DNA of 53,521 bases from an uncultured Clostridia bacterium (GTDB taxonomy: Bacteria; Bacillota; Clostridia; Christensenellales; UBA1242), in assembly GCA_947623775.1 (NCBI GenBank), contig CANQHL010000001.1, positions 1 to 53,521 of the forward strand. Direction: 5' to 3'. The position numbers and the translations under genes are program-made. Position 1 is the first letter of the stretch. The number at the start of each line of letters is the position of its first letter. The notes under the pieces were generated by a model, which saw only the letters and a list, made by a program, of their open reading frames with translations, was not told the DNA's origin and ran no database searches. This document shows, in pieces, positions 1-8,436 of this stretch.

Positions 1-284
1 GGATAGGACGGGCGTTGCTAACTGAGGTTATTAGACAGGAAAAAGATTATCCAATTATTCTTCATACACAGCCAAGCAGTTTCCGGGCTATAAAATTATA
101 TAGTGATTTCGGTTTTAAAATTGCAACAAATCAAAAAGTTGGCATGCGTGAAAATCAATACAAACAGGCATTGCCTATTTTGAAAGAGTTTATGAAGCCG
201 GAAGCTTATAACAATTTGCACTTTGGGAAAATATATAAAGAATATATTGATATAATTGCAAAAGAGACAACAAATCAATTTTAA
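1..284 (+). CDS. GNAT-family N-acetyltransferase, C-terminal fragment (5' end lies outside the window)
   Basis: The reading frame is open from the window edge (frame 3: IGRALLTEVIRQ...). The HTQPSSFRAIKLYSDFGFK segment resembles the C-terminal part of GNAT acetyltransferases. Stop codon at 282-284. Confidence 0.5.
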   Translation, partial: IGRALLTEVIRQEKDYPIILHTQPSSFRAIKLYSDFGFKIATNQKVGMRENQYKQALPILKEFMKPEAYNNLHFGKIYKEYIDIIAKETTNQF

Positions 285-449
285 ATTAGGGAAAAAGACA
301 AAAAGGCAAGTAGTAATTCAAAATAAAAGCAATTTAAATTGATTGCCTTTAAGGTGACATTAAGTTTATCAAATTTTGCATTTCAGTTTGAAGTAAGGAT
401 AAAGTTGACAAAATTTTGCAATTGTGCTAATTTGATTTCGGAGGTTGTG

Positions 450-1247
450 ATGCGACTTGTTGTATTGTGTGATAACAACACTTTCATAGATAATTATCTG
501 CTCGGTGAGCCGGCATTGTCTTTTTACATAGAAAATGGTGATGATAAAATTTTGTTTGATTTGGGGTATTCCGATGTTTATGTGAAAAATGCAGATAAAA
601 TAGGGATTGACATGGCAAAAATCAACAAAATTGTTCTATCACATGGACATGATGATCACACTAAGGGGTTGAAATACTATAACTTCAATCCAAATACAAA
701 ATGCTATTATTGCCCGGGCTGCTTTGATGAAAAATTTTGTGAAAATACAAATATCTCCGCACCTTTCACACAAGAAGAAATGTCAAAACGTTTTGTTCTT
801 GAAAAAATAGAACATCCAACAGAGATTTCTAAAAATATTTATTGTTTGGGACCCATTCCTCGAATTACAGTATTTGAGAAAGAAAATCCTAATTTAAAAG
901 TATTAAAAGACGGCATGCAGGTTCAGGACACAGTTGATGAGGACACGGCACTTGTGGTTAATGGCAATAAACATTTGATTATTGTCACCGGCTGTTCACA
1001 TAGTGGAATATGCAACATTTGTGAATATGCAAAAGCTTACTTTAAAAAACCTATTAAAGCCATCATTGGCGGCTTCCATCTTTTGCAACTAAATGAGCAA
1101 GCTAAAGAAACAATTGCTTATTTTAAAAATGAAGAAATTGACTTATATCCATGCCATTGTACAAGTTTATTTGTAAAGGCTGAAATGATAAAACAAAAAT
1201 TAAATGTACATGATGTCGGGAGCGGACTTGAATTGACAATTGAATAA
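450..1247 (+). CDS. MBL-fold metallo-hydrolase
   Basis: GGAGG lies about 7 nt upstream of ATG 450, whereas the track ORF start at 339 has no RBS. Contains the HxHxDH-type motif SHGHDDHTKG and a later GCSHSG/GGFHL segment typical of the metallo-beta-lactamase fold. Confidence 0.7.
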   Translation: MRLVVLCDNNTFIDNYLLGEPALSFYIENGDDKILFDLGYSDVYVKNADKIGIDMAKINKIVLSHGHDDHTKGLKYYNFNPNTKCYYCPGCFDEKFCENTNISAPFTQEEMSKRFVLEKIEHPTEISKNIYCLGPIPRITVFEKENPNLKVLKDGMQVQDTVDEDTALVVNGNKHLIIVTGCSHSGICNICEYAKAYFKKPIKAIIGGFHLLQLNEQAKETIAYFKNEEIDLYPCHCTSLFVKAEMIKQKLNVHDVGSGLELTIE

Positions 1248-1259
1248 TATGGGGGAACT

Positions 1260-1856
1260 ATGAACTTTGAAAAATATAATATTTTTACGCCTTATGATTT
1301 AATGAATTTTTTTGAAAAAAATCTAAAATACGGCTTTACATATCGCGGCGTGGCATACACTGATGAAGATGAGAATTTTCAAGAAAAAATGAATGAGCAT
1401 TATAAAATTAGGCTGGATGAAGATTTTATAAAAAGTGGTTATGGCGTATGCTGGGATTTTTGTGAACTTGAACGCCAATTTTTTATTGAAAACAAAATTC
1501 CGCACGAATGTTTTTTTATCGAGAGTTGCGTCAAATATGCAACAAGTCCAACTCATACATTTTGTTTATTTCAAAATGGCGATAAAAATTGGTGCTGGTT
1601 TGAATATTCATGGGCGAATGAAAAAGGGATAAAGGAATACAAAACAAAAGAGGAAGCGTTGCAAGATGTTGTAAAAAGATTTAGAGAGTATTGTGAATGT
1701 TTTGGACAACTTGCCGAACTGAAAATTTACAAAACGCGAGCAATAACAAAACGAATGGATTTTAATGAGTTTATTGACAGATGTCGAGAGGGCGAGTTAA
1801 TTGAAGATATGGAATTTGAAGAGGACGAGAATGAAGACGGTTTTTGTGACAAGTAA
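1260..1856 (+). CDS. Hypothetical cytoplasmic protein, possible transglutaminase/papain-like Cys-His fold, with an acidic C-terminal tail
   Basis: 198-aa ORF with a purine-rich RBS (GGGGGA) before ATG 1260. The GVCWDF motif followed by a downstream His (THTF) only hints at a cysteine peptidase-like core. Function is unassigned. Confidence 0.45.
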   Translation: MNFEKYNIFTPYDLMNFFEKNLKYGFTYRGVAYTDEDENFQEKMNEHYKIRLDEDFIKSGYGVCWDFCELERQFFIENKIPHECFFIESCVKYATSPTHTFCLFQNGDKNWCWFEYSWANEKGIKEYKTKEEALQDVVKRFREYCECFGQLAELKIYKTRAITKRMDFNEFIDRCREGELIEDMEFEEDENEDGFCDK

Positions 1857-2592
1857 CATAGAATATTGTGAAAAATATTATGATGAGAATGGCAACAAAG
1901 TGCGAATAGCACAGAATTTTGGCAATAGGAATAACATCTTGACCAATTTAAAAAAGCATATCAAAAGATATGAAAATCTTTTAATAGTTGCAAGTGATGA
2001 AAATGATTTTGAAGCAACGGACATGTATGCAAGGCCTCTTATCGAATCATTTAATTTGACTTTGCCTTTTAAGAATTATAATATTTTGGACGGAAGAACT
2101 GAGAAAAATGCAAAAGAGATGATAGATGCGGCCGATTTAATATATCTTATGGGTGGACATGTTCCAACGCAGAACAAGTTTTTCAAAAACATCAATTTGA
2201 GAGAATTGTTGAAAAATTATAACAATGTGATAGTTGGCGTAAGTGCAGGTAGCATGAATAGTGCTGATATTGTATATTGTCCGCCTGAATTGGAGGGCGA
2301 GGGTAAAGATAAAAATTTTAAAAGATATTTAAAAGGACTTGGGCTTACAAAAATCAACATTTTGCCTCATTACTATTCAATTATTGAAGTTGAACTTGAT
2401 GGATTGCCGGAAATGGAGTATTGTTATAAGGATAGCTATATAAGGCCAATACTTGTTTTGCCTGATGGTAGTTATTTTATCGAGAAAAATGAAAAAGTTG
2501 AGATTTTTGGTGAAAGTTTTCTCCTTAAAAATGGCGAATTAACAAAATTATCAAATGAAAATGAAAGGCTTGCCGATTTTTTGTTTGAATAA
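1831..2592 (+). CDS. Peptidase S51 (dipeptidase E-like) family protein
   Basis: LIYLMGGHVPTQ...VIVGVSAGSMN...ILPHY matches the S51/class I glutamine amidotransferase-like Ser-His arrangement. Start placed at the internal ATG 1831 (MKTVFVTS), which overlaps the previous gene by 26 nt. Confidence 0.65.
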   Translation: MKTVFVTSNIEYCEKYYDENGNKVRIAQNFGNRNNILTNLKKHIKRYENLLIVASDENDFEATDMYARPLIESFNLTLPFKNYNILDGRTEKNAKEMIDAADLIYLMGGHVPTQNKFFKNINLRELLKNYNNVIVGVSAGSMNSADIVYCPPELEGEGKDKNFKRYLKGLGLTKINILPHYYSIIEVELDGLPEMEYCYKDSYIRPILVLPDGSYFIEKNEKVEIFGESFLLKNGELTKLSNENERLADFLFE

Positions 2593-2602
2593 TCATAAAA
2601 GG

Positions 2603-3118
2603 ATGGATAAAGTGAAAAAAGACAAATTTTTAACAGTTTTTGCATCTTTTGATTTGCAATCACAAAACAAATTAAAGAAGTTGCAAAATGAGATTTTGAA
2701 ACTAGGGTGGCAAGGAACGCAAACAATGGATATTCCTTTTCACATTTCCCTTGGGAGTTTTCCTGTTGACATGGCGGATGAGCTGATAGAGAGAATAAAA
2801 AAAGTTTGTTTAAGTCAGAAAAAATTTGACATTTTTCTTGGGGAAATTGGTGATTTTAGTGATAAAGTGCTTTTCATTCAACCTATAGTAAATGAAAATC
2901 TTCTGGAAATTCAAAAAGAGTTTCAAGGTAATTATGCTGATGGTTATCCTTGGCATGCCCATACGACAATTTTTTGTGGCAACGAAAACGAAGTGAGGAA
3001 TGCAAAAGAAAAACTGAGTGAAATTTTTAAGCCAATTGTTGCCGAGGTGCAATTTTTGGAACTCGGTGAATTTTTTCCAACCAAAATGATTTATAAGGGA
3101 GAATTGAACAAAAAATAA
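2603..3118 (+). CDS. 2H phosphoesterase / LigT-like 2'-5' RNA ligase family protein
   Basis: Two H-x-[ST]-x motifs (FHISLG and HAHTTIF) about 85 residues apart, the signature of the 2H phosphoesterase superfamily. Start placed at ATG 2603 after AAAGG. Confidence 0.6.
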   Translation: MDKVKKDKFLTVFASFDLQSQNKLKKLQNEILKLGWQGTQTMDIPFHISLGSFPVDMADELIERIKKVCLSQKKFDIFLGEIGDFSDKVLFIQPIVNENLLEIQKEFQGNYADGYPWHAHTTIFCGNENEVRNAKEKLSEIFKPIVAEVQFLELGEFFPTKMIYKGELNKK

Positions 3119-3200
3119 GTTAAAACGCCTTAAAATATATGAATTTTTATTTAACTTCAATTTGGACAAAAGGTTTTTACTATAAAAATTTTGTTTTGTA

Positions 3201-3229
3201 TTGACAAAGAGATGAAATGGTGCTAGAAT
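3201..3229 (+). promoter_or_regulatory. Sigma-A type promoter for the ABC-F leader transcript
   Basis: TTGACA (3201-3206), a 17-nt spacer, then TGcTAGAAT (extended -10; hexamer at 3224-3229). Confidence 0.6.
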
Positions 3230-3251
3230 GAAAATGAATTTAGGAGGAGAA

Positions 3252-3278
3252 ATGAGAATATATTTTGCTAACATTTAA
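3252..3278 (+). CDS. 8-codon leader peptide (MRIYFANI) upstream of the ABC-F gene
   Basis: AGGAGG at 3242-3247, ATG at 3252, TAA at 3276-3278. It lies between the promoter and an intrinsic terminator that precedes the ABC-F start. Confidence 0.5.
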   Translation: MRIYFANI

Positions 3279-3380
3279 AAGTGCATAACAATTTGAAGCG
3301 ATTAATTTTCTTCTTTTGTTGTGCAAAACGAGGAAGTTAACAAAATATTTCTTATTTGGAAACATAATTTTTGATTTCTG

Positions 3381-3419
3381 ATAGGTTGCAGGGTTAATTT
3401 CCTTGTGACCTATTTTTTA
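3381..3419 (+). terminator. Intrinsic terminator acting as a transcription attenuator in the ABC-F leader
   Basis: ATAGGTTGCAGGG (3381-3393) pairs with CCTTGTGACCTAT (3401-3413) over 13 bp, including 3 G-U pairs, with a 7-nt loop. A T-run follows immediately, and the structure ends about 10 nt before the ABC-F RBS. Confidence 0.6.
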
Positions 3420-3436
3420 TATTTTAGGAGGTAAGT

Positions 3437-4918
3437 ATGGCTCAAATTAATATACAAAATTTAACATTTGGCTATGAAAACAACAGTACAAATGTTTTTG
3501 ACAATATAAGCTTTTCATTTGATACCGATTGGAAAATCGGATTAATTGGGAGAAATGGAAGAGGAAAAACTACACTATTAAATTTGCTAATGAAAAAGTA
3601 TGAATACAGCGGCAAGATTGTAAGCAGCGTTGATTTTGATTATTTTCCATATGTGGTTAAGAATAAAGAGATGTTTGGGATAGATTTGATTGAGGAAATT
3701 TGTCCACAGGTGGCAAACTGGGAAGTTATGAAAAAACTTAAGGAGTTGGAACTCGATGAGGAATGTTTGTATCGTCCATTTAGCACTTTGTCAAATGGGC
3801 AACAAACAAAATTATTGCTTGCAATACTGTTTGCCAAGGACAACAATTTTTTATTAATCGATGAACCGACAAATCATCTTGACATACAAAGTCGCGAGTG
3901 CGTCAAGAGATTTTTAAACAAGCAAAAGGGATTTATTGTTGTGTCACATGATAGGGATTTTATTGATAACTGTGTTGACCATATAATATCGCTAAATAGA
4001 AATGAAATAGAAATTCAAAGGGGCAATTTTTCATCTTGGTGGCAAAACAAAAAGGATAAAGACAATGCCGAACTGCTTCAAAATCAAGCACTAAAAAAGG
4101 AAATTTCAAGATTGCAGGAAAGCATGGCACAAAAAAGAATGTGGGCAAACAAAATTGAAAACACCAAAGGCACTCGCAATTCTGGTGTAAAAGTTGACAA
4201 GGGTTATGTTGGTCACCAAACCGCTAGAATGGAAAAGCGGGCAAAGGTTATAGAGAAAAGAAGAGAATCGGCAATTGAAGAAAAAACAAAACTGCTTAAA
4301 AACATAGACAAACAAGACAAGTTGTTTTTAAGTGCCGACAATATTAAAGAAGAGAATTTGTTGACTATAAAAAATCTGTCAATTTTTTATGAAGATAGGG
4401 TGATATTTAAAAATCTAAGTGTGATCGTTGACAGAGGGGAGAAGGTGGCGGTTAAAGGTGAAAACGGAAGTGGCAAGTCAAGTCTACTGAAATTAATTTG
4501 CGGTGAACAAATAAAATATAATGGCACATTTTACAAGAAAGGGAAATGCAAAATTTCATATATAAGTCAAAATTATGAATGGCTAAGTGGCAATCTTTTG
4601 GAATTTGCTGAGGAAAGCAAAATTGATCAGACGCGTTTTCTTACTCTTTTATATAAAATGGGGTTTGAAAGAGAGCAGTTTAATGTGGATATTAAGGATT
4701 TTAGTGCAGGACAAAAGAAAAAAGTTTTGATTGCCAAAAGTTTGTGCGAAGAAGCAGATTTATATGTCTGGGATGAACCGCTAAATTACATTGATGTTAT
4801 ATCGCGAATTCAGATTGAAGAAATGCTTAAAAATTCAAATATAACCTTGATATTTGTCGAACACGACATTGCTTTTATAAACAATTTAGCCGATAAAGTG
4901 GTTGAAATGTCAAAATAA
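3437..4918 (+). CDS. ABC-F ATPase, Lsa-like antibiotic-resistance (ARE) type ribosomal protection protein
   Basis: Two ABC cassettes (GRNGRGKTT and GENGSGKSS Walker A; LSNGQQ and FSAGQKK signatures) joined by a charged linker, with no TM domain. The 493-aa length and the N-terminal DTDWKIGLIGRNGRGKTTLLNLL ... VDFDYFPY segment resemble Lsa-type ABC-F proteins as I recall them. Confidence 0.75.
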   Translation: MAQINIQNLTFGYENNSTNVFDNISFSFDTDWKIGLIGRNGRGKTTLLNLLMKKYEYSGKIVSSVDFDYFPYVVKNKEMFGIDLIEEICPQVANWEVMKKLKELELDEECLYRPFSTLSNGQQTKLLLAILFAKDNNFLLIDEPTNHLDIQSRECVKRFLNKQKGFIVVSHDRDFIDNCVDHIISLNRNEIEIQRGNFSSWWQNKKDKDNAELLQNQALKKEISRLQESMAQKRMWANKIENTKGTRNSGVKVDKGYVGHQTARMEKRAKVIEKRRESAIEEKTKLLKNIDKQDKLFLSADNIKEENLLTIKNLSIFYEDRVIFKNLSVIVDRGEKVAVKGENGSGKSSLLKLICGEQIKYNGTFYKKGKCKISYISQNYEWLSGNLLEFAEESKIDQTRFLTLLYKMGFEREQFNVDIKDFSAGQKKKVLIAKSLCEEADLYVWDEPLNYIDVISRIQIEEMLKNSNITLIFVEHDIAFINNLADKVVEMSK

Positions 4919-5027
4919 AAATTAAAATTTTTGTTATTTCAATTTGTTTTTAAACAATAAATGTGTAAAATAAAAATGATTGTTTGTGAATAATTTAAGT
5001 TTTTCGACATTATTCTAAGGAGAAAAG

Positions 5028-5435
5028 ATGGAACATATTGCAATTATGCGTCAACCATTTTACGATATGGTGCTAAGCGGAGAAAAAACAATAGAAAGCA
5101 GATGGAGCATGAATAAAAGTGCACCATTCAATAGGATAAAAAAAGGTGATGTTATTTATTTTAAAAAGACGGGTTGTCCAATAACAGCTGTTGCAGAAGC
5201 GGCGGAAGTGAGGTTTTACAACTTGACACCAAGCATTGTTGAAGAGATTGCAAAAAAATATGGCAAGCAAATAGGAACTGATAAATTTAAAGATTATGAA
5301 AGTTGTTTTAGCAAAAAATATTTAACATTAATTTGGCTTAAAAATGTTCGTCAAATTGCTCCAATCGAAGTGCCGAAAAGTTATGGGGCTGGCTGGATTA
5401 TCTTGGGGGATCAAAGTGGGCGAGATAAAGTTTAA
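5028..5435 (+). CDS. ASCH domain protein
   Basis: The N-terminal IAIMRQPFYDMVLSGEKTIESR is typical of ASCH/PUA-like domains. AAGGAGA RBS before ATG 5028. Confidence 0.6.
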   Translation: MEHIAIMRQPFYDMVLSGEKTIESRWSMNKSAPFNRIKKGDVIYFKKTGCPITAVAEAAEVRFYNLTPSIVEEIAKKYGKQIGTDKFKDYESCFSKKYLTLIWLKNVRQIAPIEVPKSYGAGWIILGDQSGRDKV

Positions 5436-6123
5436 ATCTGCGATTAAAAATCAAAGCCTATTTGAAATATTATTTTTGCCATTTGCGATAATAACAATTG
5501 TCGTATGCTTTTTTGTTGGCAAAGATAAAAATCTATTATCTCTTATCACCTCATTAATTGGGATTGTCTCAGTGTTTTTAATAGCAAAAGGGTACTTTTT
5601 TGCCCCTTGGATAGATTTAACATACAACATTTTATATTCTGTTGTATCTATTTTTCAGGCATATTATGGTGAAGCGATAATTTATCTTGGCATCATGGTT
5701 CCAATTTCAATATTTTCAATTGTGACGTGGATTAAACATAAGTTTTCAAAAACTTCACCGGAAATAAAAATAAATGGCAAGATTTCCAAAAGGGAATATG
5801 TGTATCTGTTCGGCATAACTTATTTTGCCTCAATTGGATTTTACTTCTTGTTGCACGCTCTTTCCACTGAGCAATTGATTTTTAGCACACTTTCACTAGC
5901 CACTTCGGCTGTTGCATCTTATCTTATGTTAAGGCGAAACCCATATTTTTCACTTGTGTTTTTGCTTGATGATATCATTTCAATAACAATGTGGGTGATT
6001 GCCGTGGTTCAAAATGGGATAGGTCTTTTGCCCACCGTAATTTGTTTTTTGGTGTTTTTCATCAATGATATATATGGTTATGTGCATTGGAGAAAATTGG
6101 AAAGAAAACAAAGTCTAAGTTGA
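5416..6123 (+). CDS. pnuC: PnuC-family nicotinamide riboside (vitamin) transporter
   Basis: Polytopic membrane protein with PnuC-like segments (IVTWIKHK, LMLRRNPYF, FFINDIYGYVHW). Start is uncertain: GTG 5416 follows GGGGGA, while the track ORF start at 5344 lies deep inside the ASCH gene. Confidence 0.6.
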   Translation: MGEIKFKSAIKNQSLFEILFLPFAIITIVVCFFVGKDKNLLSLITSLIGIVSVFLIAKGYFFAPWIDLTYNILYSVVSIFQAYYGEAIIYLGIMVPISIFSIVTWIKHKFSKTSPEIKINGKISKREYVYLFGITYFASIGFYFLLHALSTEQLIFSTLSLATSAVASYLMLRRNPYFSLVFLLDDIISITMWVIAVVQNGIGLLPTVICFLVFFINDIYGYVHWRKLERKQSLS

Positions 6124-6168
6124 CAAAAATGGCGTTTTATGTTATATTAATAGCAAAAAGGGGACCTA

Positions 6169-7041
6169 ATGAAAAAAGAAGAACTTGAAAAAATTCATAG
6201 CAAGAAAAAGATATTAAATTACTTTTTAAGACGTGATATAACAAGCACCGAAGAAATATTAAGTATTTTTCAAAAAATGCCAGGGGCGATAAGAGGGGAA
6301 AGTTCCAAGGGTTATCCTTATGTGTTTGTGCCGGGCAAGGCAAAAAACAAAGTTTTGTTGACCGCGCATTGTGACACGGTATGGGATGGCAAAGTAAATT
6401 GCAAACAAGATGTCAAGTATAAAAAAGGAGTGTTTTCTTCTGGAAACAAATCTGTCGGAATAGGTGCTGATGATAGGGCGGGGATTGCAATGCTTTATCT
6501 ATTAAAAAACAGCGGCAATTCACTTTTAATCACCACCGGCGAAGAAAGAAAAATGAGTTGTTCAAGATATTTGAGCGAAAGGGAATACGAACTTATAAAT
6601 GATCACAATTTTATAGTTCAACTTGATAAGTGTGGCAACAAGGAATTCAAGTGTTATTCTGTTGGAAGCGAGGAATTTATAGAATATATAAAGCAGCGTA
6701 CCGGCTTCAAATATATCAACCCATATTCATATACAGACATAGTTTCCTTATGCAAAACCATATGCGGTGTAAATTTGTCTGTAGGATATTACAATGAACA
6801 TTCGGCGGATGAATATTTGATTTATGATGAATGGAAAGAAACATTTAAAGCGGCAAAAAAGCTTATAAAAAATTCTCGAAAGTTTGAACTCGATAAAAAA
6901 AATATTGATGAACTTTATGAAGATGAGGACAAATTTGGATACAATGATTTCGACCTGCTAGATCTTATAGAACAGATGAATGAGGAAATAAAAAGAGAAA
7001 ACAAAGATGGATATTATGATATTCCTGAAATTGATTTATAA
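6169..7041 (+). CDS. M28/M20-like zinc peptidase with a roughly 50-aa acidic C-terminal extension
   Basis: LLTAHCDTVWDG, GIGADDRAGIAML and TTGEER match the metal-ligand motifs of co-catalytic zinc peptidases. The tail contains FDLLDLIE and ends YYDIPEIDL. Confidence 0.55.
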   Translation: MKKEELEKIHSKKKILNYFLRRDITSTEEILSIFQKMPGAIRGESSKGYPYVFVPGKAKNKVLLTAHCDTVWDGKVNCKQDVKYKKGVFSSGNKSVGIGADDRAGIAMLYLLKNSGNSLLITTGEERKMSCSRYLSEREYELINDHNFIVQLDKCGNKEFKCYSVGSEEFIEYIKQRTGFKYINPYSYTDIVSLCKTICGVNLSVGYYNEHSADEYLIYDEWKETFKAAKKLIKNSRKFELDKKNIDELYEDEDKFGYNDFDLLDLIEQMNEEIKRENKDGYYDIPEIDL

Positions 7042-7118
7042 GTGGTGAGACGATTAAATGAAATAGTATGTACAAAATCTTGTATTATGTATTTTGTACA
7101 TCATACAATATATCTTTC

Positions 7119-7144
7119 AAAAAATCCGCTTAGCGGATTTTTTT
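7119..7144. terminator. Bidirectional intrinsic terminator between convergent genes
   Basis: AAAAAATCCGC-TTA-GCGGATTTTTTT: a perfect GC-containing stem flanked by an A-run and a T-run. It overlaps the stop codon of the minus-strand gene. Confidence 0.7.
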
Positions 7145-7430
7145 ATTTTTCATTATCGGTTGTAAACTCGCGATAACCTTTTTCAAATTGTCTTTGAGAA
7201 ATTGGATCAAGTTTGAAAAGAAGTCCAAACAGTTGACCGACATGCAATTTTTCCTCGTCGACGATGTCTTGTATTGTTGCTCGTGCCACAGGATCGTCGG
7301 TGCTGAATAGGTGATTTTCATATTGAATGATGGCTTCAAGTTCGCCTATAATGTCCTCTCTGCAATTTTGAGTGGTAATCAAATTGTTTGACCGATTGCT
7401 GTTATCATAAATATTGAAAAATCGTCTCAT
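7143..7430 (-). CDS. EncFtn-like (encapsulated-ferritin-type) two-helix ferritin-like protein
   Basis: GELEAIIQYENH...DIVDEEKLHVGQLFGLLFKLDP matches the ExxE/EEKxH di-iron motif pattern of the EncFtn/Flp family as I recall it. GGAGG RBS upstream of the ATG. Confidence 0.6.
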   Translation of the reverse strand: MRRFFNIYDNSNRSNNLITTQNCREDIIGELEAIIQYENHLFSTDDPVARATIQDIVDEEKLHVGQLFGLLFKLDPISQRQFEKGYREFTTDNEK

Positions 7431-7576
7431 AAAACCTCCTATTAAGATATATGATTAAAATTTTTAAAGGTGTAATTTAAATTTGATATTTACTATTATT
7501 AAAAGATATGTTATTATGAAGGCAGAAGAACAAGTGTAGACAATTTTTAAATTTACAAATTTAACAAAGGAGAAAA

Positions 7577-8221
7577 ATGGAATTAAATATTTTACAAAGA
7601 GAATTTGATAGAATGCAAATGTTTCATGGTAACAAAAATTTAAATGCAATATATGGTTGCGGCAAGGAGCAGAATCCAAAACTTGCCTTAGTTTTTCTTT
7701 GTCCGAATATAAATAATATAGCCACTCGCAAAACATGGAAAGGTGTTCGGGCGCATCATCTTGGAACAAAGCCGTTATGGAATATTTTGTCACAGTGTGA
7801 TATGTTTGATAAAAATTTAAACGAGCAAATAAAGTGCAGAAAACCAAGCGAATGGGATAATTTGTTTTGTCAAGACGTTTACAACAGTGTAAAAGAAAAT
7901 GATATGTGGATAACAAGCATTTCAAAATGCAGCAATGCAAATTCCAAATTGCCGGATAATAAAACGTTAAGGCTATATCGCGACCTTTTACTTGAAGAAT
8001 TATACAAGGTAAATCCCGATAAAGTTGTGGTCTTTGGCAATGAAGCGGCAACAATCCTTTTAAGGAAAGATATAAAAGTTTCGCAAAGCCGAAAACAAGA
8101 ATTTGGACTAGTTGCAAAAAACAGACGCTTCAAAACTTATGTGACTCAATGTGTTGGTGCGGGAAAAGTCTGCGATTCCATTGAAGACTTAAATTATATA
8201 AAAAATATAGACTTGACATAA
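7577..8221 (+). CDS. Uracil-DNA glycosylase superfamily protein (divergent)
   Basis: Strong RBS (AAGGAGA). The LALVFLCPN ... VVVFGNEAA pattern resembles UDG-fold proteins, but the canonical GEAPG motif is not seen. Confidence 0.4.
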   Translation: MELNILQREFDRMQMFHGNKNLNAIYGCGKEQNPKLALVFLCPNINNIATRKTWKGVRAHHLGTKPLWNILSQCDMFDKNLNEQIKCRKPSEWDNLFCQDVYNSVKENDMWITSISKCSNANSKLPDNKTLRLYRDLLLEELYKVNPDKVVVFGNEAATILLRKDIKVSQSRKQEFGLVAKNRRFKTYVTQCVGAGKVCDSIEDLNYIKNIDLT

Positions 8222-8436
8222 AAGTTGATTGATAGTAAAATAAAAATATAAAAGTTAACAATCATTTGCATTCAAGGGTGTTTAAGGCAAAAGATTATCA
8301 ATCTTTAAAACCGTTTAAAGAGTTCTTGGAGAGAATCTTATTGATTTTCGTCTAAGAAGCGAAAAAGTTAATGGCTAACTAATGTGATAAATTTTTAAAT
8401 GGCAAACATTTATGTAATGCTATAATGGAGGAAAAA

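Noticed and set aside
2566-2592. The C-terminus ADFLFE of the S51 peptidase, the veg C-terminus VIFLEE (41250..) and the DETEL end of 16084..16476 as additional members of the tail class.
   Set aside because: They lack the Asp at -3, the Leu at -2, or the aromatic residue at -5, and have no polar linker. For Veg the C-terminus is part of the conserved fold. These are too loose to count.
7464-8117. 217-aa ORF antisense to the UDG-like gene.
   Set aside because: Its composition is Cys/Leu/His-rich and low in complexity, and it has no RBS. It fully overlaps a plus-strand ORF that has a strong RBS and sensible motifs, so I treat it as a shadow ORF. The same reasoning applies to 15325..15714, 18297..18713, 30470..30787, 38392..38787, 45864..46211 and 50898..51311.
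8222-8436. The 215-nt region upstream of member A as a possible riboswitch or leader.
   Set aside because: Only weak hairpin potential is present (TTCTTGGAGA...TCTAAGAA), G+C is not elevated, and no recognisable riboswitch core is visible. The evidence is insufficient.
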